A stretch of 26,022 bases of DNA from an uncultured Deferribacteres bacterium (GTDB lineage Bacteria > Zhuqueibacterota > Zhuqueibacteria > Zhuqueibacterales > Geothermadaptataceae): assembly GCA_964014485.1 (NCBI GenBank), contig CAXHAT010000112.1:1-26022 (forward strand). The letters are read 5' to 3'. Positions within the stretch are counted from its first letter, which is position 1; every line of letters starts with the position of its first letter. The notes beneath the pieces are model-generated. The model did not search any database, was not told where the DNA came from, and saw nothing but the letters and a program-made list of their open reading frames with translations. A program made the translations under genes and the position numbers. Below, piece by piece: positions 1-9,476 of the stretch.

Positions 1-2225
1 GTCATGACGTGAGCCAGTTTTCCAGCGAGAAATCGGTCGTATTCGCTGGCGTAGCCGCCCAACTGAAATTGATAGAATCCCGATTGCAGCGTCGCATAAC
101 CGGGCTTGCCCAAAACCGGAATCGCGGTTCGCACCGGCGGCGGCATGTAACCCGCCTCCGACAAGTGAACGACCGTTTGCTTCGCGACCGACAACCGCCG
201 TTTGGCGTTCATGACGACGCAGGTGCTTGGTTTCAGCAAACCAAGCTCAATCGCTTCGAGCGCGCTGGTTGAAACGCGCGCCATCGCAATGGTTTGAACG
301 GCGTTCAGCAGAAAAGGCTGAAGTTCATTCGGGCGGTCGGACGCGGCACGTTCAGCAGCTTGCGCGGTCATATGAACCGTGCCGCAAGCGCCGGGAATAA
401 TGCCCACGCCCAGTTCGACCAAGCCAACATAGGATTCCAGCGCGGCGACAGATTGTGCGCTTGCCATCGTAAACTCGCAACCGCCGCCCAAAGCCATACC
501 TTGCACCGCCGTGACAACCGGCTTGCGTGCATAGCGAATGCGCTGCATCATGTTTTGCGTATTGGCGATGGACTTGCCGATCAGGTCAAATTTCTTTTCC
601 ATCAGCGCGAAGGCCATTCCGCCGAGATTGGCGCCCAATGAAAAATTCGCGCCGTCGTTGCCAATCACCATGCCGTGAAAATCGTTGTTCTCGACAAAAT
701 CAATCGCTTCGTAAATGCTCTGTGTCACGTTGGCGGTGAGGGTGTTGGCTTTGGAGTGTAAATCGAATTGCGCTACGTCGTCACCCATGTCGAGCAACGC
801 CGCGTCGTCGCGTTTCCAGATCGTACTTGATTCCTTTTTGACAATCATCGCCGTGGTCAATTCATCCGCGGGCGGCGCATCGACGGCATAGCCTGATCCC
901 GGCACATAAACTTCCTGCTCGCCGTTTTCATTTTCGCGGTAAAAAGCAGTCATTCCTTGCGCCTTCATTTCGCTTATCCAGCCCGGAATTTCGACGCCGT
1001 TTTTTTCGAGATCATTAAGAATTCGCTCAAAACCGAGTGCGTCCCACGCTTCGAACGGGCCGAACTGCCAGGCAAATCCCCAGGAAATACCGCGATCTAC
1101 GTCAACCGGACGGTCAGCGATTTCGGGGATGCGTCGAGCGCAATAGCCGATGAGATCGAGCAGCGTTGCGCGCGTAAATTCCCCGGCACGGCCTGCGTCG
1201 GCGTAGAGCGCATTCAAGCGCGCCTTGGCGCCGCCCGCTTTCCAGATCGGTTTCAAATCGCCGAGATTAAGCGACTTTGCCGGTTCGTATTCAAAGGTTT
1301 CGAGATTGAGCGAAAGAATGTCTTTGCCGACTTTTTTGTAAAAGCCCTGTTTCGTTTTGGCGCCCAGACGTTTTTGCTCGATCAGTTTTCGCAAAACCGC
1401 TGGCGCTTTGTGACCTTCGCGGCTCTCGTCGTCAGGAATGGCTTCGTAAAGATTGTCAGCGACATAAAGCGCTGTGTCCAGCCCAACCACGTCGGCGGTG
1501 CGGAAGGTGGCGGATTTGGCGTGACCGATGATCGGCCCGGTGAGCGCGTCAATTTCTTCAATTGTGTAATCGCCGTCGGTGAAAAAGCGGATCGTCTGCA
1601 TCGAAGCGTAGTTGCCGATGCGGTTGGCGATAAAATTCGGCGTATCTTTGGCGGTGACGATGCTTTTGCCCAAATGAACGCGCCCGAACCATTTGAGTCG
1701 TTCGAGAATCGCGGGATCAGTGTTTTCAGTGGGGATGATTTCAAGCAGTTGAAGATAGCGCGGCGGATTGAAAAAATGCGTTCCAAGAAATCGGCGTTTA
1801 AAATCGTCCGAGCGTCCGTCGGCGATTTGATTGATCGGCAGGCCGCTGGTGTTGGTGGAAATGACGGCGTTTTTTTGCGCGGTTTGCTCGATTCGCGCCA
1901 TCAAACCTTGCTTAATATCGAGCTTTTCGACGACGACTTCGATGATCCATTCCGCTTCGGCGACGCGATCAAAATGTTCATCGAAATTTCCAAGCGTGAT
2001 CCGTTTTGCCGCAGCCGAATTGGCAAACGGCGCCGGCTTGAGCTTTTGAATCATCTTGAACGCGCCCTCGACGACGGCGTTTTTGTTGCCGCTTGGAGCC
2101 GGAATATCCAAAAGATGGACGGACAATCCGGCGTTCGCCAAATGCGCCGCGATGTGCGATCCCATCACGCCCGCCCCCAACACGGCGGCGGTGCGAAATG
2201 GGAGGTGATTATTGGGGTTTGGCAT
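1..2225 (-). CDS. 3-hydroxyacyl-CoA dehydrogenase / enoyl-CoA hydratase family protein (FadN-like), 3' end truncated by the window edge
   Basis: Manual minus-strand translation from ATG at 2225 gives MPNPNNHLPFRTAAVLGAGVMGSHIAAHLANAG (Rossmann GxGxxG), then IEVVVEKLDIK, STNTSGLPI, GTHFFNPPRY, KDTPNFIANRIG, all HADH signatures. It is missing from the ORF track, presumably because no stop is reached in the window. The long + strand ORFs here are its antisense shadows. Confidence 0.92.
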   Translation of the reverse strand, partial: MPNPNNHLPFRTAAVLGAGVMGSHIAAHLANAGLSVHLLDIPAPSGNKNAVVEGAFKMIQKLKPAPFANSAAAKRITLGNFDEHFDRVAEAEWIIEVVVEKLDIKQGLMARIEQTAQKNAVISTNTSGLPINQIADGRSDDFKRRFLGTHFFNPPRYLQLLEIIPTENTDPAILERLKWFGRVHLGKSIVTAKDTPNFIANRIGNYASMQTIRFFTDGDYTIEEIDALTGPIIGHAKSATFRTADVVGLDTALYVADNLYEAIPDDESREGHKAPAVLRKLIEQKRLGAKTKQGFYKKVGKDILSLNLETFEYEPAKSLNLGDLKPIWKAGGAKARLNALYADAGRAGEFTRATLLDLIGYCARRIPEIADRPVDVDRGISWGFAWQFGPFEAWDALGFERILNDLEKNGVEIPGWISEMKAQGMTAFYRENENGEQEVYVPGSGYAVDAPPADELTTAMIVKKESSTIWKRDDAALLDMGDDVAQFDLHSKANTLTANVTQSIYEAIDFVENNDFHGMVIGNDGANFSLGANLGGMAFALMEKKFDLIGKSIANTQNMMQRIRYARKPVVTAVQGMALGGGCEFTMASAQSVAALESYVGLVELGVGIIPGACGTVHMTAQAAERAASDRPNELQPFLLNAVQTIAMARVSTSALEAIELGLLKPSTCVVMNAKRRLSVAKQTVVHLSEAGYMPPPVRTAIPVLGKPGYATLQSGFYQFQLGGYASEYDRFLAGKLAHVM

Positions 2226-2262
2226 TTTCTCAACCTTTTTCTGGAATTCTTAAAAACGCAAC

Positions 2263-2518
2263 AAAGGAGTGCAAAGCTTGCTTTGCTTTTGCTCGATTTT
2301 AACAAGAACGCGCTCGCCGGGGATTTTCTCCCCGCTCGGCCGGCTTAGAATCCCCGGCGGAACCAATGCCCCAAGGATTGCATCCCGCCTGAGCCTGGAG
2401 AGGCGGATGCAAGCCGCACGACATGGGTGCGTCGGGGATTCTACGAAAGTCAAGCGGGCAGAAAATCCCCGACGAGCACAACCGCTATTGATTTGCAAGG
2501 CAAGCCTTGCACTCCTTT
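2263..2518. repeat. Nested REP-like composite palindrome (~255 bp)
   Basis: Outer inverted pair GGAGTGCAAAGCTTGCTTTGC (2266-2286) / GCAAGGCAAGCCTTGCACTCC (2495-2515). Middle inverted pair ~2312-2368 / ~2422-2477. Central stem TTGCATCCCGCCT (2378-2390) / AGGCGGATGCAA (2401-2412). Confidence 0.9.
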
Positions 2519-2530
2519 TACAACAAGCCA

Positions 2531-2545
2531 TTGAACACTGTTCAT
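2531..2545. promoter_or_regulatory. Putative TetR operator upstream of the fadN-like gene
   Basis: TTGAACACTGTTCAT, a near-perfect palindrome that differs by one base from the reverse complement of the site at 3198-3212. A minus-strand TTGACT lies at 2550-2555. Confidence 0.7.
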
Positions 2546-2566
2546 TCCCAGTCAAAAAAATAGGCG

Positions 2567-3175
2567 TTACGCCGGAACAACCAAGTCTTTCAAATGCAGC
2601 GTCGAGATTTGCTCGACGGCGGTGTTGATAAAATCTTCTTCGCGAATGATGTGATCGATGCGTTTGGCGTGCATCAATGTGATCACGCCGTGCAAGTAAG
2701 ACCAGATCAAATTAGCAGAGACATAGCTATCGACGCGCTTGAAAACGCCCTCGCGAATGCCGTCTGAAACAACTTCAGCGATGATCTCCAGCGCCCGTCG
2801 AGCGCGGCGATATTTTTCCGCCGGATAGCGCGCCATGCGCTCGGCGTTCAGGGTGAACATAATTTCATAATATTCAGGGTTTTCGATCCCAAAAGAAATG
2901 TAAGCCTTGCAGAATCCCCGTAAGCGTCCGACGGCGTCATTAAATGCACCGTTTAATCGTTCCGCGCGCAAAATCAGCATCTCGAACCCTTCTTCAATCA
3001 AAGAATGAACGAGTTCATCCTTATCCTTAAAATAAGAATAGAGCGAGCCGACGCTGCACCCGACTTCACGCGCGATCATGCGCATGGAAACGCGCGTAAC
3101 GCCTTCCTGAATTAAGAGATGACGCGCCGCAGTCAAAATGCGCCGTCGTAGATTCGTTGTTGTTGATTGAACCAT
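2567..3175 (-). CDS. TetR/AcrR family transcriptional regulator
   Basis: 202 aa. N-terminal HTH RILTAARHLLIQEG...SMRMIAREVGCSVGSLYSYFKDKDEL, and a C-terminal WSYLHG (WHG-type domain). Confidence 0.95.
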   Translation of the reverse strand: MVQSTTTNLRRRILTAARHLLIQEGVTRVSMRMIAREVGCSVGSLYSYFKDKDELVHSLIEEGFEMLILRAERLNGAFNDAVGRLRGFCKAYISFGIENPEYYEIMFTLNAERMARYPAEKYRRARRALEIIAEVVSDGIREGVFKRVDSYVSANLIWSYLHGVITLMHAKRIDHIIREEDFINTAVEQISTLHLKDLVVPA

Positions 3176-3197
3176 TAAATTGTCTGCGAATGAAAAT

Positions 3198-3240
3198 TTG
3201 AACAGTGTTCAAGGATAATGAACCTGTAATTCTGTGTCAA
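3198..3240 (-). promoter_or_regulatory. Sigma70-type promoter of tetR with overlapping palindromic operator
   Basis: Minus strand TTGACA (3240-3235), 17-nt spacer, TATCCT (3217-3212), immediately followed by the palindrome TTGAACA-N-TGTTCAA (3198-3212). Confidence 0.75.
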
Positions 3241-3299
3241 GCTTTTTATAGTTCACTCCCCTCGAAATGGGGCCGGAATGTTCTTGGGGGTAGTTGAGT

Positions 3300-3378
3300 T
3301 TTTTGACGGGATCAACTGGATTGACTGGCTCGAGGAACAAGAAAACGATCCGGTTGATCTCGTTAATCCCGTCAAAAA
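3300..3378. repeat. Inverted repeat element with 9-nt periodic arms (family copy 1)
   Basis: TTTTTGACGGGATCAACTGGATTGACTGG ... CCGGTTGATCTCGTTAATCCCGTCAAAAA. Related sequences occur at 12236-12267 and 20238-20424. It lies just downstream of the ABC permease stop and may terminate transcription. Confidence 0.8.
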
Positions 3379-3398
3379 TCACCTGTTTTTACTTTGTC

Positions 3399-5789
3399 TT
3401 ATTCAAAACGCAGCGTCTCTATTGGATTGGTTTGAGCCGCTTTGATGGATTGAAAAGCGGAGGTTAGAACAGCGATGGTCGCAGTAAATAACCCGGCGAG
3501 AATGAACACGCTCACCCCTGGAGTGGTGTGGAAAGCATAATTTTGCAGCCACAAATCGAGCAGATAATACGTCAACGGCCAAGCCAGCACAAAGGCGAGC
3601 CCGACTGGAAACAGAAAAGATCGCAACAGTTGCAACGACAGGCCCGTGACGGTGGCGCCAAGCGTTTTTCGAACGCCGATTTCCTTTGTTTTTTGAGCGA
3701 CGGTAAACGACACCATAGCGAAAAGCCCCATGCCAGCGAGCACAATGGCTAATACGGCGAAATAGCCGCTCAGCAAACCGGTGTTTTGTTCCGTCTCGTA
3801 CAGTCGGGCAAAGTTTTCATCCACAAAAAAGTAGTCCGGTTCACGCCTCTGATCGACTTTATGCCAGATCGTGCGAATTTTTTCTATGTGGTCGGCCATG
3901 TTGCCTTGCGCCAGTTTGACGGACATCATGCTGTTGAAGCTCTCACCAGTTGGCCGATAAATATGTATCAACGGCGCGATATCCGTTTCCAAGGATTGCC
4001 AGTTAAAGTCCTTGACCACGCCAACGACGGTCAAAGCGCTTTCCCCGCGATAGACCGTTTTACCTACCGCCGTCTGCCAGTTCATCGCCCGCATCGCCGT
4101 TTCATTGATGATAATGGCGTTCTCGCGGTCAGTTGCAAAATCCGGCGAAAAGTTACGCCCCTCAAGCCATTCCATTTCGAACAGATCGAAATAAGCTTCG
4201 TCAACAGCGGCGACTCTCATACGCAGCGGCTCCGGCTGACTCCAGTCTTCCGGACGCGCGAATGTATTGAAGCCGCGATAATTTCCAGGCACAGCCGTTG
4301 AGGAAGAAACGCCCAGAACGCCCGCCGTTTGCAGCAGTTCGTTGCGCAGCGCCAGCAGTTTTCCGCTTCCCGCCTCGCGGTCTTCAAAATCACCGGCGCT
4401 GACGTTTAACACCACGACGTTTTCCCCGCTGAAATTCATATCGCGGTGCAGCATGAACTGAATTTGTTTATACACCACGCCCGTGCTCATGATAAGCATA
4501 ATCGACAGCGTGAATTGAACGACCAACAAGCCGTTGCGCAGCCTTCTCCCCGAGGCGGCCGGGTTGTTTTTGAAATGGCCTTTGAGAGACTCGACGGGCT
4601 GAAAACGGGACAAGAAAAGCGCAGGATAAACACCGGCGCAAAAACCGACGAACAAGCTCAATCCGGCGAGCATCAAAAGGGCAAAGCTACTGCCCAGATA
4701 ATCGATCGTTAAAGACAGATTGAACAGATCATTGAAGAACGGGAGCAACGCTTCGGCGATGAGCACGCCGAGCAGTAACGCAATCGAGCTGATGATCAGT
4801 GATTCGCCGAGAAACTGGCGGACGAGCTGCCCGCGCACCGCGCCCATGACCTTGCGCATGCCGATTTCACGGGCGCGCTCAAGAGAACGCGCCGTCGCCA
4901 AGTTCATAAAGTTGATCGCGCCAATCAGCAAAACGGTCAACGCGACGCCGGAAAAGATAAATGCGTAACGATCGCTGTTGGTGAAATGATTGTGCATTTC
5001 GGTGAGCGGCAGGAATCGAAGGCTGTGGTTTTTGCTGCCGTTCGGGCCGTCCTGTCCCCAGATTTTCTCGACGAGCCGAGGGAATTGCGCTTCGAGCGCG
5101 TCTTTCGTTGATTTACCGTCCAGAAGAACGTAGGTGTCGAGAAATGACCCGCCCCAATTTGTGTTTGCGCTCTCGTCTTCAGGATCGATGACGCTATCGA
5201 ACGGCACGACGATATCGAAATCAATGTTGGAGTTTTCCGGGATATCCGCCAGCACGCCGGAGACGACATAATCCGTTTCATGATTGAGATTAAGCGTTCT
5301 GCCGACGGGGTTTGCATCGCCGAAGTACTTCGTCGCCATTTCCTGTGTCAGAATTGCCGAATAACGCTCATGCAAAGCGGTTGAAACGTCGCCGGATTTC
5401 AGAGGAAAGTCGAACACACGGAACAAGCTCGGATCGGCGTAAGTGACGAAGTCCTGAAACGTCCTGTCGCCGACGCGCACCCAGCGGTTGCGCGTGAACA
5501 TACGCACGCCGTCAATAATGCCGGGATACGTGCTGCGCATCTCTTCCAGCAGCGGAACCCAGGTGTCGTAAACCAAACGCACGCCGACGCCGGTGCGGCG
5601 CTCCTTGTAGACGAAATGAATTTCATCCGCTTTTTTATGGAAAGCGTCATAAGTCAACTCATGGCGTACGTAGAGAATGATCAGAATACTGGACGCAAAG
5701 CCCAAAGCCAGCCCGATGATATTGATAAAAGCGTAGCTTTTGGATTTTCGCAGATTTCTGAGAGCAATTTTGAGATAATTTTTAAACAT
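3399..5789 (-). CDS. ABC transporter permease, MacB/FtsX family (duplicated MacB-PCD + FtsX domains)
   Basis: 796 aa, starting MFKNYLKIALRNL...INIIGLALG. Two FtsX motifs (RAREIGMRKVMGA; KTKEIGVRKTLGA) and a C-terminal AAQTNPIETLRFE. AGGAG/GAGG upstream. No ATPase gene in the window. Confidence 0.95.
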   Translation of the reverse strand: MFKNYLKIALRNLRKSKSYAFINIIGLALGFASSILIILYVRHELTYDAFHKKADEIHFVYKERRTGVGVRLVYDTWVPLLEEMRSTYPGIIDGVRMFTRNRWVRVGDRTFQDFVTYADPSLFRVFDFPLKSGDVSTALHERYSAILTQEMATKYFGDANPVGRTLNLNHETDYVVSGVLADIPENSNIDFDIVVPFDSVIDPEDESANTNWGGSFLDTYVLLDGKSTKDALEAQFPRLVEKIWGQDGPNGSKNHSLRFLPLTEMHNHFTNSDRYAFIFSGVALTVLLIGAINFMNLATARSLERAREIGMRKVMGAVRGQLVRQFLGESLIISSIALLLGVLIAEALLPFFNDLFNLSLTIDYLGSSFALLMLAGLSLFVGFCAGVYPALFLSRFQPVESLKGHFKNNPAASGRRLRNGLLVVQFTLSIMLIMSTGVVYKQIQFMLHRDMNFSGENVVVLNVSAGDFEDREAGSGKLLALRNELLQTAGVLGVSSSTAVPGNYRGFNTFARPEDWSQPEPLRMRVAAVDEAYFDLFEMEWLEGRNFSPDFATDRENAIIINETAMRAMNWQTAVGKTVYRGESALTVVGVVKDFNWQSLETDIAPLIHIYRPTGESFNSMMSVKLAQGNMADHIEKIRTIWHKVDQRREPDYFFVDENFARLYETEQNTGLLSGYFAVLAIVLAGMGLFAMVSFTVAQKTKEIGVRKTLGATVTGLSLQLLRSFLFPVGLAFVLAWPLTYYLLDLWLQNYAFHTTPGVSVFILAGLFTATIAVLTSAFQSIKAAQTNPIETLRFE

Positions 5790-5986
5790 GGCCTCGCTCC
5801 TTTCCTCGTTTTGGCGTTCACGACATTGGTTTGACCCGGGGAACGGCGGGAAGGTTCAGGGGTGAGAATAGTTCGTTCTCTCAATCATTCATTGGTTGCA
5901 CCCAATCCGGTTAAATATTGGTTCAACGGCAACGCGCCAGGATTATCTTTCTCTAACTCGAATTATTCGCAACTGTCCATACTTCC

Positions 5987-7300
5987 ATGTCTTCAAAAAA
6001 AACCGAACTCAAACGCGATCTCAATTTGCTCGACTCGACGATGATCAATGTTGGAACGATCATCGGCTCCGGCATTTTTCTCGTTCCGACGACCATCGCA
6101 CAATATCTGGACGCTTCGTTTTGGGTCATCCTGGTCTGGATCATCGGCGGCGTGATCACGCTTTTCGGCGCGCTCTCCATGGCCGAACTTGGGGCGGCAA
6201 TGCCGCGCGCGGGAGGGCAATTCGTTTACCTCAAAAAAGCTTACGGAGAAATTTGGGGCTATCTCTACGGCTGGGCGACGTTCGCCGTCATCAATACGGC
6301 TGCAATAGCTGCAATCACAGTGGCCTTCGCAACTTATCTTGGCTATTTTGTCGATCTCACCGCTTTAGAAATCAAAGTCGTCGCTATTCTGAGCATCGCG
6401 ATTTTAACGACGATCAATTACTTCGGCGTCAAGTCCGGAGCGAGAACGCAAAACGCTTTTACCTTCGTCAAGGTGGCGGCGATTCTGGGGCTGATTGTAG
6501 TGAGTTTTTTGCTCAAAGGCGGATCGTCGCAAAACTTTGTTCCGGTGTTGTCAGACAATACATTTACTTCGCTCATCGGCCCTTTCGGCCTGGCAATGGT
6601 CGCCGTGTTGTGGTCCTACGACGGTTGGATTCACGTCACTTACGTCGCCGGCGAAATCCAAAAGCCGCAGCGAAACATTCCGCTCTCCTTGCTTTTTTCC
6701 ACGCTCATTGTTCTTGGAATTTATCTCATGATCAACCTCGCCTATATTTATGTGCTTTCGCTCGATAAAATGGCGGGGTCGGAATTGGTCGCGGCGGATA
6801 CGGCCGCTGCGATGCTTGGCAGCGCTGGCGCTTCGCTCATCACCGTCGCCGTTCTGGTCTCAACATTCGGCGCGGCAAACGGATTTATTCTCGCCGGTGC
6901 GCGCATTTATTACGCGATGGCCAAAGAAGGCGTCTTCTTTGCGCCGGTCGCGAAAGTCCATCCGGAATACCGCACGCCCGCAGTTTCGCTCATTGTGCAA
7001 GGCGCCTGGAGCAGCCTGCTCGTTTTATCAGGCACGTTTAATGATCTCATCACTTACGTCGTGTTCGCCTCGTGGATTTTTTACGCCATGTCCTGCAGCG
7101 CCGTCCTCGTGCTGCGTAAAAAAGCGAAAGACCTGGATCGTCCGTACAAGGCGTGGGGCTATCCGATCACGCCCCTCATTTTTATTCTATTCTCCGCCTT
7201 CCTCGTCGGTAACACCATCATCGAAGACCCGAAAAACGCCCTCATCGGCGCCGGAATCGTTCTCCTCGGCCTGCCGCTCTATTTCTACTTCCGAAAGTAA
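5987..7300 (+). CDS. APC superfamily amino acid permease (LAT/SteT-like)
   Basis: 437 aa, about 12 hydrophobic segments. Motifs GTIIGSGIF, AELGAAMPRAGG, WSYDGW, AGEIQKPQRNIP, RPYKAWGYP. Confidence 0.95.
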   Translation: MSSKKTELKRDLNLLDSTMINVGTIIGSGIFLVPTTIAQYLDASFWVILVWIIGGVITLFGALSMAELGAAMPRAGGQFVYLKKAYGEIWGYLYGWATFAVINTAAIAAITVAFATYLGYFVDLTALEIKVVAILSIAILTTINYFGVKSGARTQNAFTFVKVAAILGLIVVSFLLKGGSSQNFVPVLSDNTFTSLIGPFGLAMVAVLWSYDGWIHVTYVAGEIQKPQRNIPLSLLFSTLIVLGIYLMINLAYIYVLSLDKMAGSELVAADTAAAMLGSAGASLITVAVLVSTFGAANGFILAGARIYYAMAKEGVFFAPVAKVHPEYRTPAVSLIVQGAWSSLLVLSGTFNDLITYVVFASWIFYAMSCSAVLVLRKKAKDLDRPYKAWGYPITPLIFILFSAFLVGNTIIEDPKNALIGAGIVLLGLPLYFYFRK

Positions 7301-7489
7301 AAAAACATAGGTGCAGCGTTAAAACAACCGATAGCATCGAATGTCATTCTGGAAGAATCTATTTTGAATACGTGGCTGCAAGTCTCCTTCTAAATGCCAT
7401 CATGCCGAGGCGTGAACTTTCCATCTGAGAACAATCATGTGCAGATCGCTTCTAACCGGCTGCATCAAAACGCTCACCCGACATTTCGC

Positions 7490-7518
7490 TTGACAACCCT
7501 CCCATCCCACTGTATTTT
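7490..7518 (+). promoter_or_regulatory. Putative sigma70 promoter of ggt
   Basis: TTGACA (7490-7495), 17 nt, TATTTT (7513-7518), about 50 nt before the likely ATG at 7568. Confidence 0.5.
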
Positions 7519-7567
7519 GAAAAATTCGCAATTGATTCCAGTTCCAAATGATTCGAGGGAGAGAACG

Positions 7568-9280
7568 ATGTTGAGGCAAATGCTCAGACCAGTCGCGGCG
7601 ACACTGCTTTTTACGATTTTCGGCTTATTCACTGGTTTATTCGCTGAAGGCGGACGCATTCCGGTGCGCGCCAAAAACGGCATGGTCTCCAGCACTTCCC
7701 GCTTGGCGTCAGAAGTCGGCGTTGAAGTGCTGAAAAGCGGCGGCAACGCCATCGATGCAGCAGTTGCGACGGCGTTTGCATTGGCCGTGACCTGGCCTTC
7801 CGCCGGAAATATCGGCGGCGGCGGTTTTCTCGTCTATTACGGCGCGGACGGTACAACGACCACCTTCGACTTTCGTGAAAAAGCGCCGCTTGCCGCGACC
7901 GAAACCATGTACCTCGACGAAAACGGCGAAATTAAAGACAACTCGAATCACGCCGGCGCGCTCGCGACCGGCGTTCCCGGCACTGTGGCCGGGCTGGCAT
8001 TGGCGCATGAAAAATTGGGCACGAAAAAATGGGGCGATCTCGTTCAACCAGCCATCACACTTGCCGAAAAAGGCTTTCCCACCACCTGGGCGCTGCACGA
8101 CGCGATGAATTTTCTGCAGCCCTATTTCGAAAAATATCCCTCGACGGCAAAAGTTTTTCTCAAAAACGGCAAGCCGCACGAGCCGGGGGAAACCTGGAAA
8201 CAAACTGATCTCGCCAACACGTTGAAGCGCATCAAGAAGCAGGGACGGGACGGATTTTACAAAGGGGAGACGGCACGCTTGATCGCGAAATTCATGCAGG
8301 AAAACGGCGGAGTGATTACGGAAAAAGACCTGGCGCGTTACGAAGCGATTGAGCGCAAACCGATCAAGGGAACCTATCGCGGCTATGACGTGATCGGCAT
8401 GCCTCCGCCAAGTTCCGGCGGCGTGGCGGTGGTGGAAATGCTCAATATTCTGGAAGGCTACAACCTCAAGGAAATCGGCCACAACTCCGCGCTCTACCTG
8501 CACCTGCTCACCGAAGCCATGCGCCGCGCTTTCGCTGACCGTGCAAAGCACTTAGGCGACCCGGATTTTAATCCCGATATGCCGATTGAGCGCCTGACCT
8601 CGAAAGAACACGCTGAAAAGCTGCGCAGCACCATTCAAATGTTCATCGCCTCCAACAGCGACGTTGAGAAATTCAACTGGCCGCACGAGAGCAGCGAGAC
8701 CACGCATTTCTCCGTGGTGGACGGCGAGGGCAACGCCGTTTCGCTCACTTACACTCTCGAAAACAGCTATGGCAACAAAATGGTAGTGGAAGGAGCGGGC
8801 TTTTTGCTCAACAATGAAATGGGCGACTTCAACGCCATTCCCGGCCACACCGATGAGCGCGGGCGCATTGGCACCAAGCCTAACCTCGTGGCGCCGGAAA
8901 AGCGCATGCTTTCGAGTATGAGTCCGACGATTCTCGCAAAAGACGGCAAACCCGTGCTGGTCATCGGCAGCCCTGGCGGACGGACGATTATTAACACGGT
9001 GCTGCAAGTGATTCTCAACGTGGTTGACCACGAAATGAACATCGCGCAGGCCATTGAGGCGGGGCGCATTCACCACCAGTGGTTCCCGGACGTGACGTTT
9101 TTAGAGCCGAGCACAACCACGCTGGACTCCAGACAATTGTTTGAAAACATGGGTCACAAAACCGGCCAACGCGGTTTTGCCCAGGGTCGAGCGATGGGCA
9201 TTTTCATTGACCACGAAAAAGGCATACTCTACGGCTCAGCCGATTCCCGCAGCCCCGACGGTGCGGCGGTGGGGTATTGA
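7568..9280 (+). CDS. ggt: Gamma-glutamyltransferase (secreted/periplasmic)
   Basis: Motifs GGNAIDAAVA, GNIGGGGF, DFREKAP, PPPSSGG, autocleavage site ETTHFSVVD, LNNEMGDF, KRMLSSMSP, GSPGG. Start moved from 7394 to ATG 7568 because of a GAGGGAG RBS and the signal-peptide-like MLRQMLRPVAATLLFTIFGLFTGLFA. Confidence 0.96.
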   Translation: MLRQMLRPVAATLLFTIFGLFTGLFAEGGRIPVRAKNGMVSSTSRLASEVGVEVLKSGGNAIDAAVATAFALAVTWPSAGNIGGGGFLVYYGADGTTTTFDFREKAPLAATETMYLDENGEIKDNSNHAGALATGVPGTVAGLALAHEKLGTKKWGDLVQPAITLAEKGFPTTWALHDAMNFLQPYFEKYPSTAKVFLKNGKPHEPGETWKQTDLANTLKRIKKQGRDGFYKGETARLIAKFMQENGGVITEKDLARYEAIERKPIKGTYRGYDVIGMPPPSSGGVAVVEMLNILEGYNLKEIGHNSALYLHLLTEAMRRAFADRAKHLGDPDFNPDMPIERLTSKEHAEKLRSTIQMFIASNSDVEKFNWPHESSETTHFSVVDGEGNAVSLTYTLENSYGNKMVVEGAGFLLNNEMGDFNAIPGHTDERGRIGTKPNLVAPEKRMLSSMSPTILAKDGKPVLVIGSPGGRTIINTVLQVILNVVDHEMNIAQAIEAGRIHHQWFPDVTFLEPSTTTLDSRQLFENMGHKTGQRGFAQGRAMGIFIDHEKGILYGSADSRSPDGAAVGY

Positions 9281-9476
9281 AACAAGATGAGCCTGTCTTA
9301 TCAATCGATCAATGCACAAACGTATGAATTTGACTATGCCTTCAATTGCCGAGCTTCTGGATAAATTAAGTGAAATCCAGGAAACTGAAACCGTTGAATT
9401 TGAGCTTCTTTCACGCAAAAATCGAGCGAATGCTTTGATTAATCTCTTGTTTGGAAGCCCTCAAAAAACAGAAAAA

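Noticed and set aside
9..2348. Plus-strand ORFs 9-272, 294-641 and 957-2348 (463 aa)
   Set aside because: They are antisense shadows of the fadN-like gene on the minus strand, which has all the family motifs; the plus-strand translations have none.
2263..2518. Riboswitch, tRNA or known ncRNA; also ORFs 2250-2555, 2269-2628 and 2299-2481
   Set aside because: No recognisable aptamer or cloverleaf. The outer unit recurs exactly at 12272-12292, which favours a dispersed repeat. The ORFs have no protein-like features.
3399..5789. Orphan ABC permease as an anomaly
   Set aside because: Stand-alone paralogues of this MacB/FtsX permease type that share a distant ATPase are common in FCB-group and acidobacterial genomes.
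7394..7567. N-terminal extension of ggt in the ORF track
   Set aside because: It crosses a predicted promoter and repeat-like DNA; the RBS and signal peptide point to ATG 7568.
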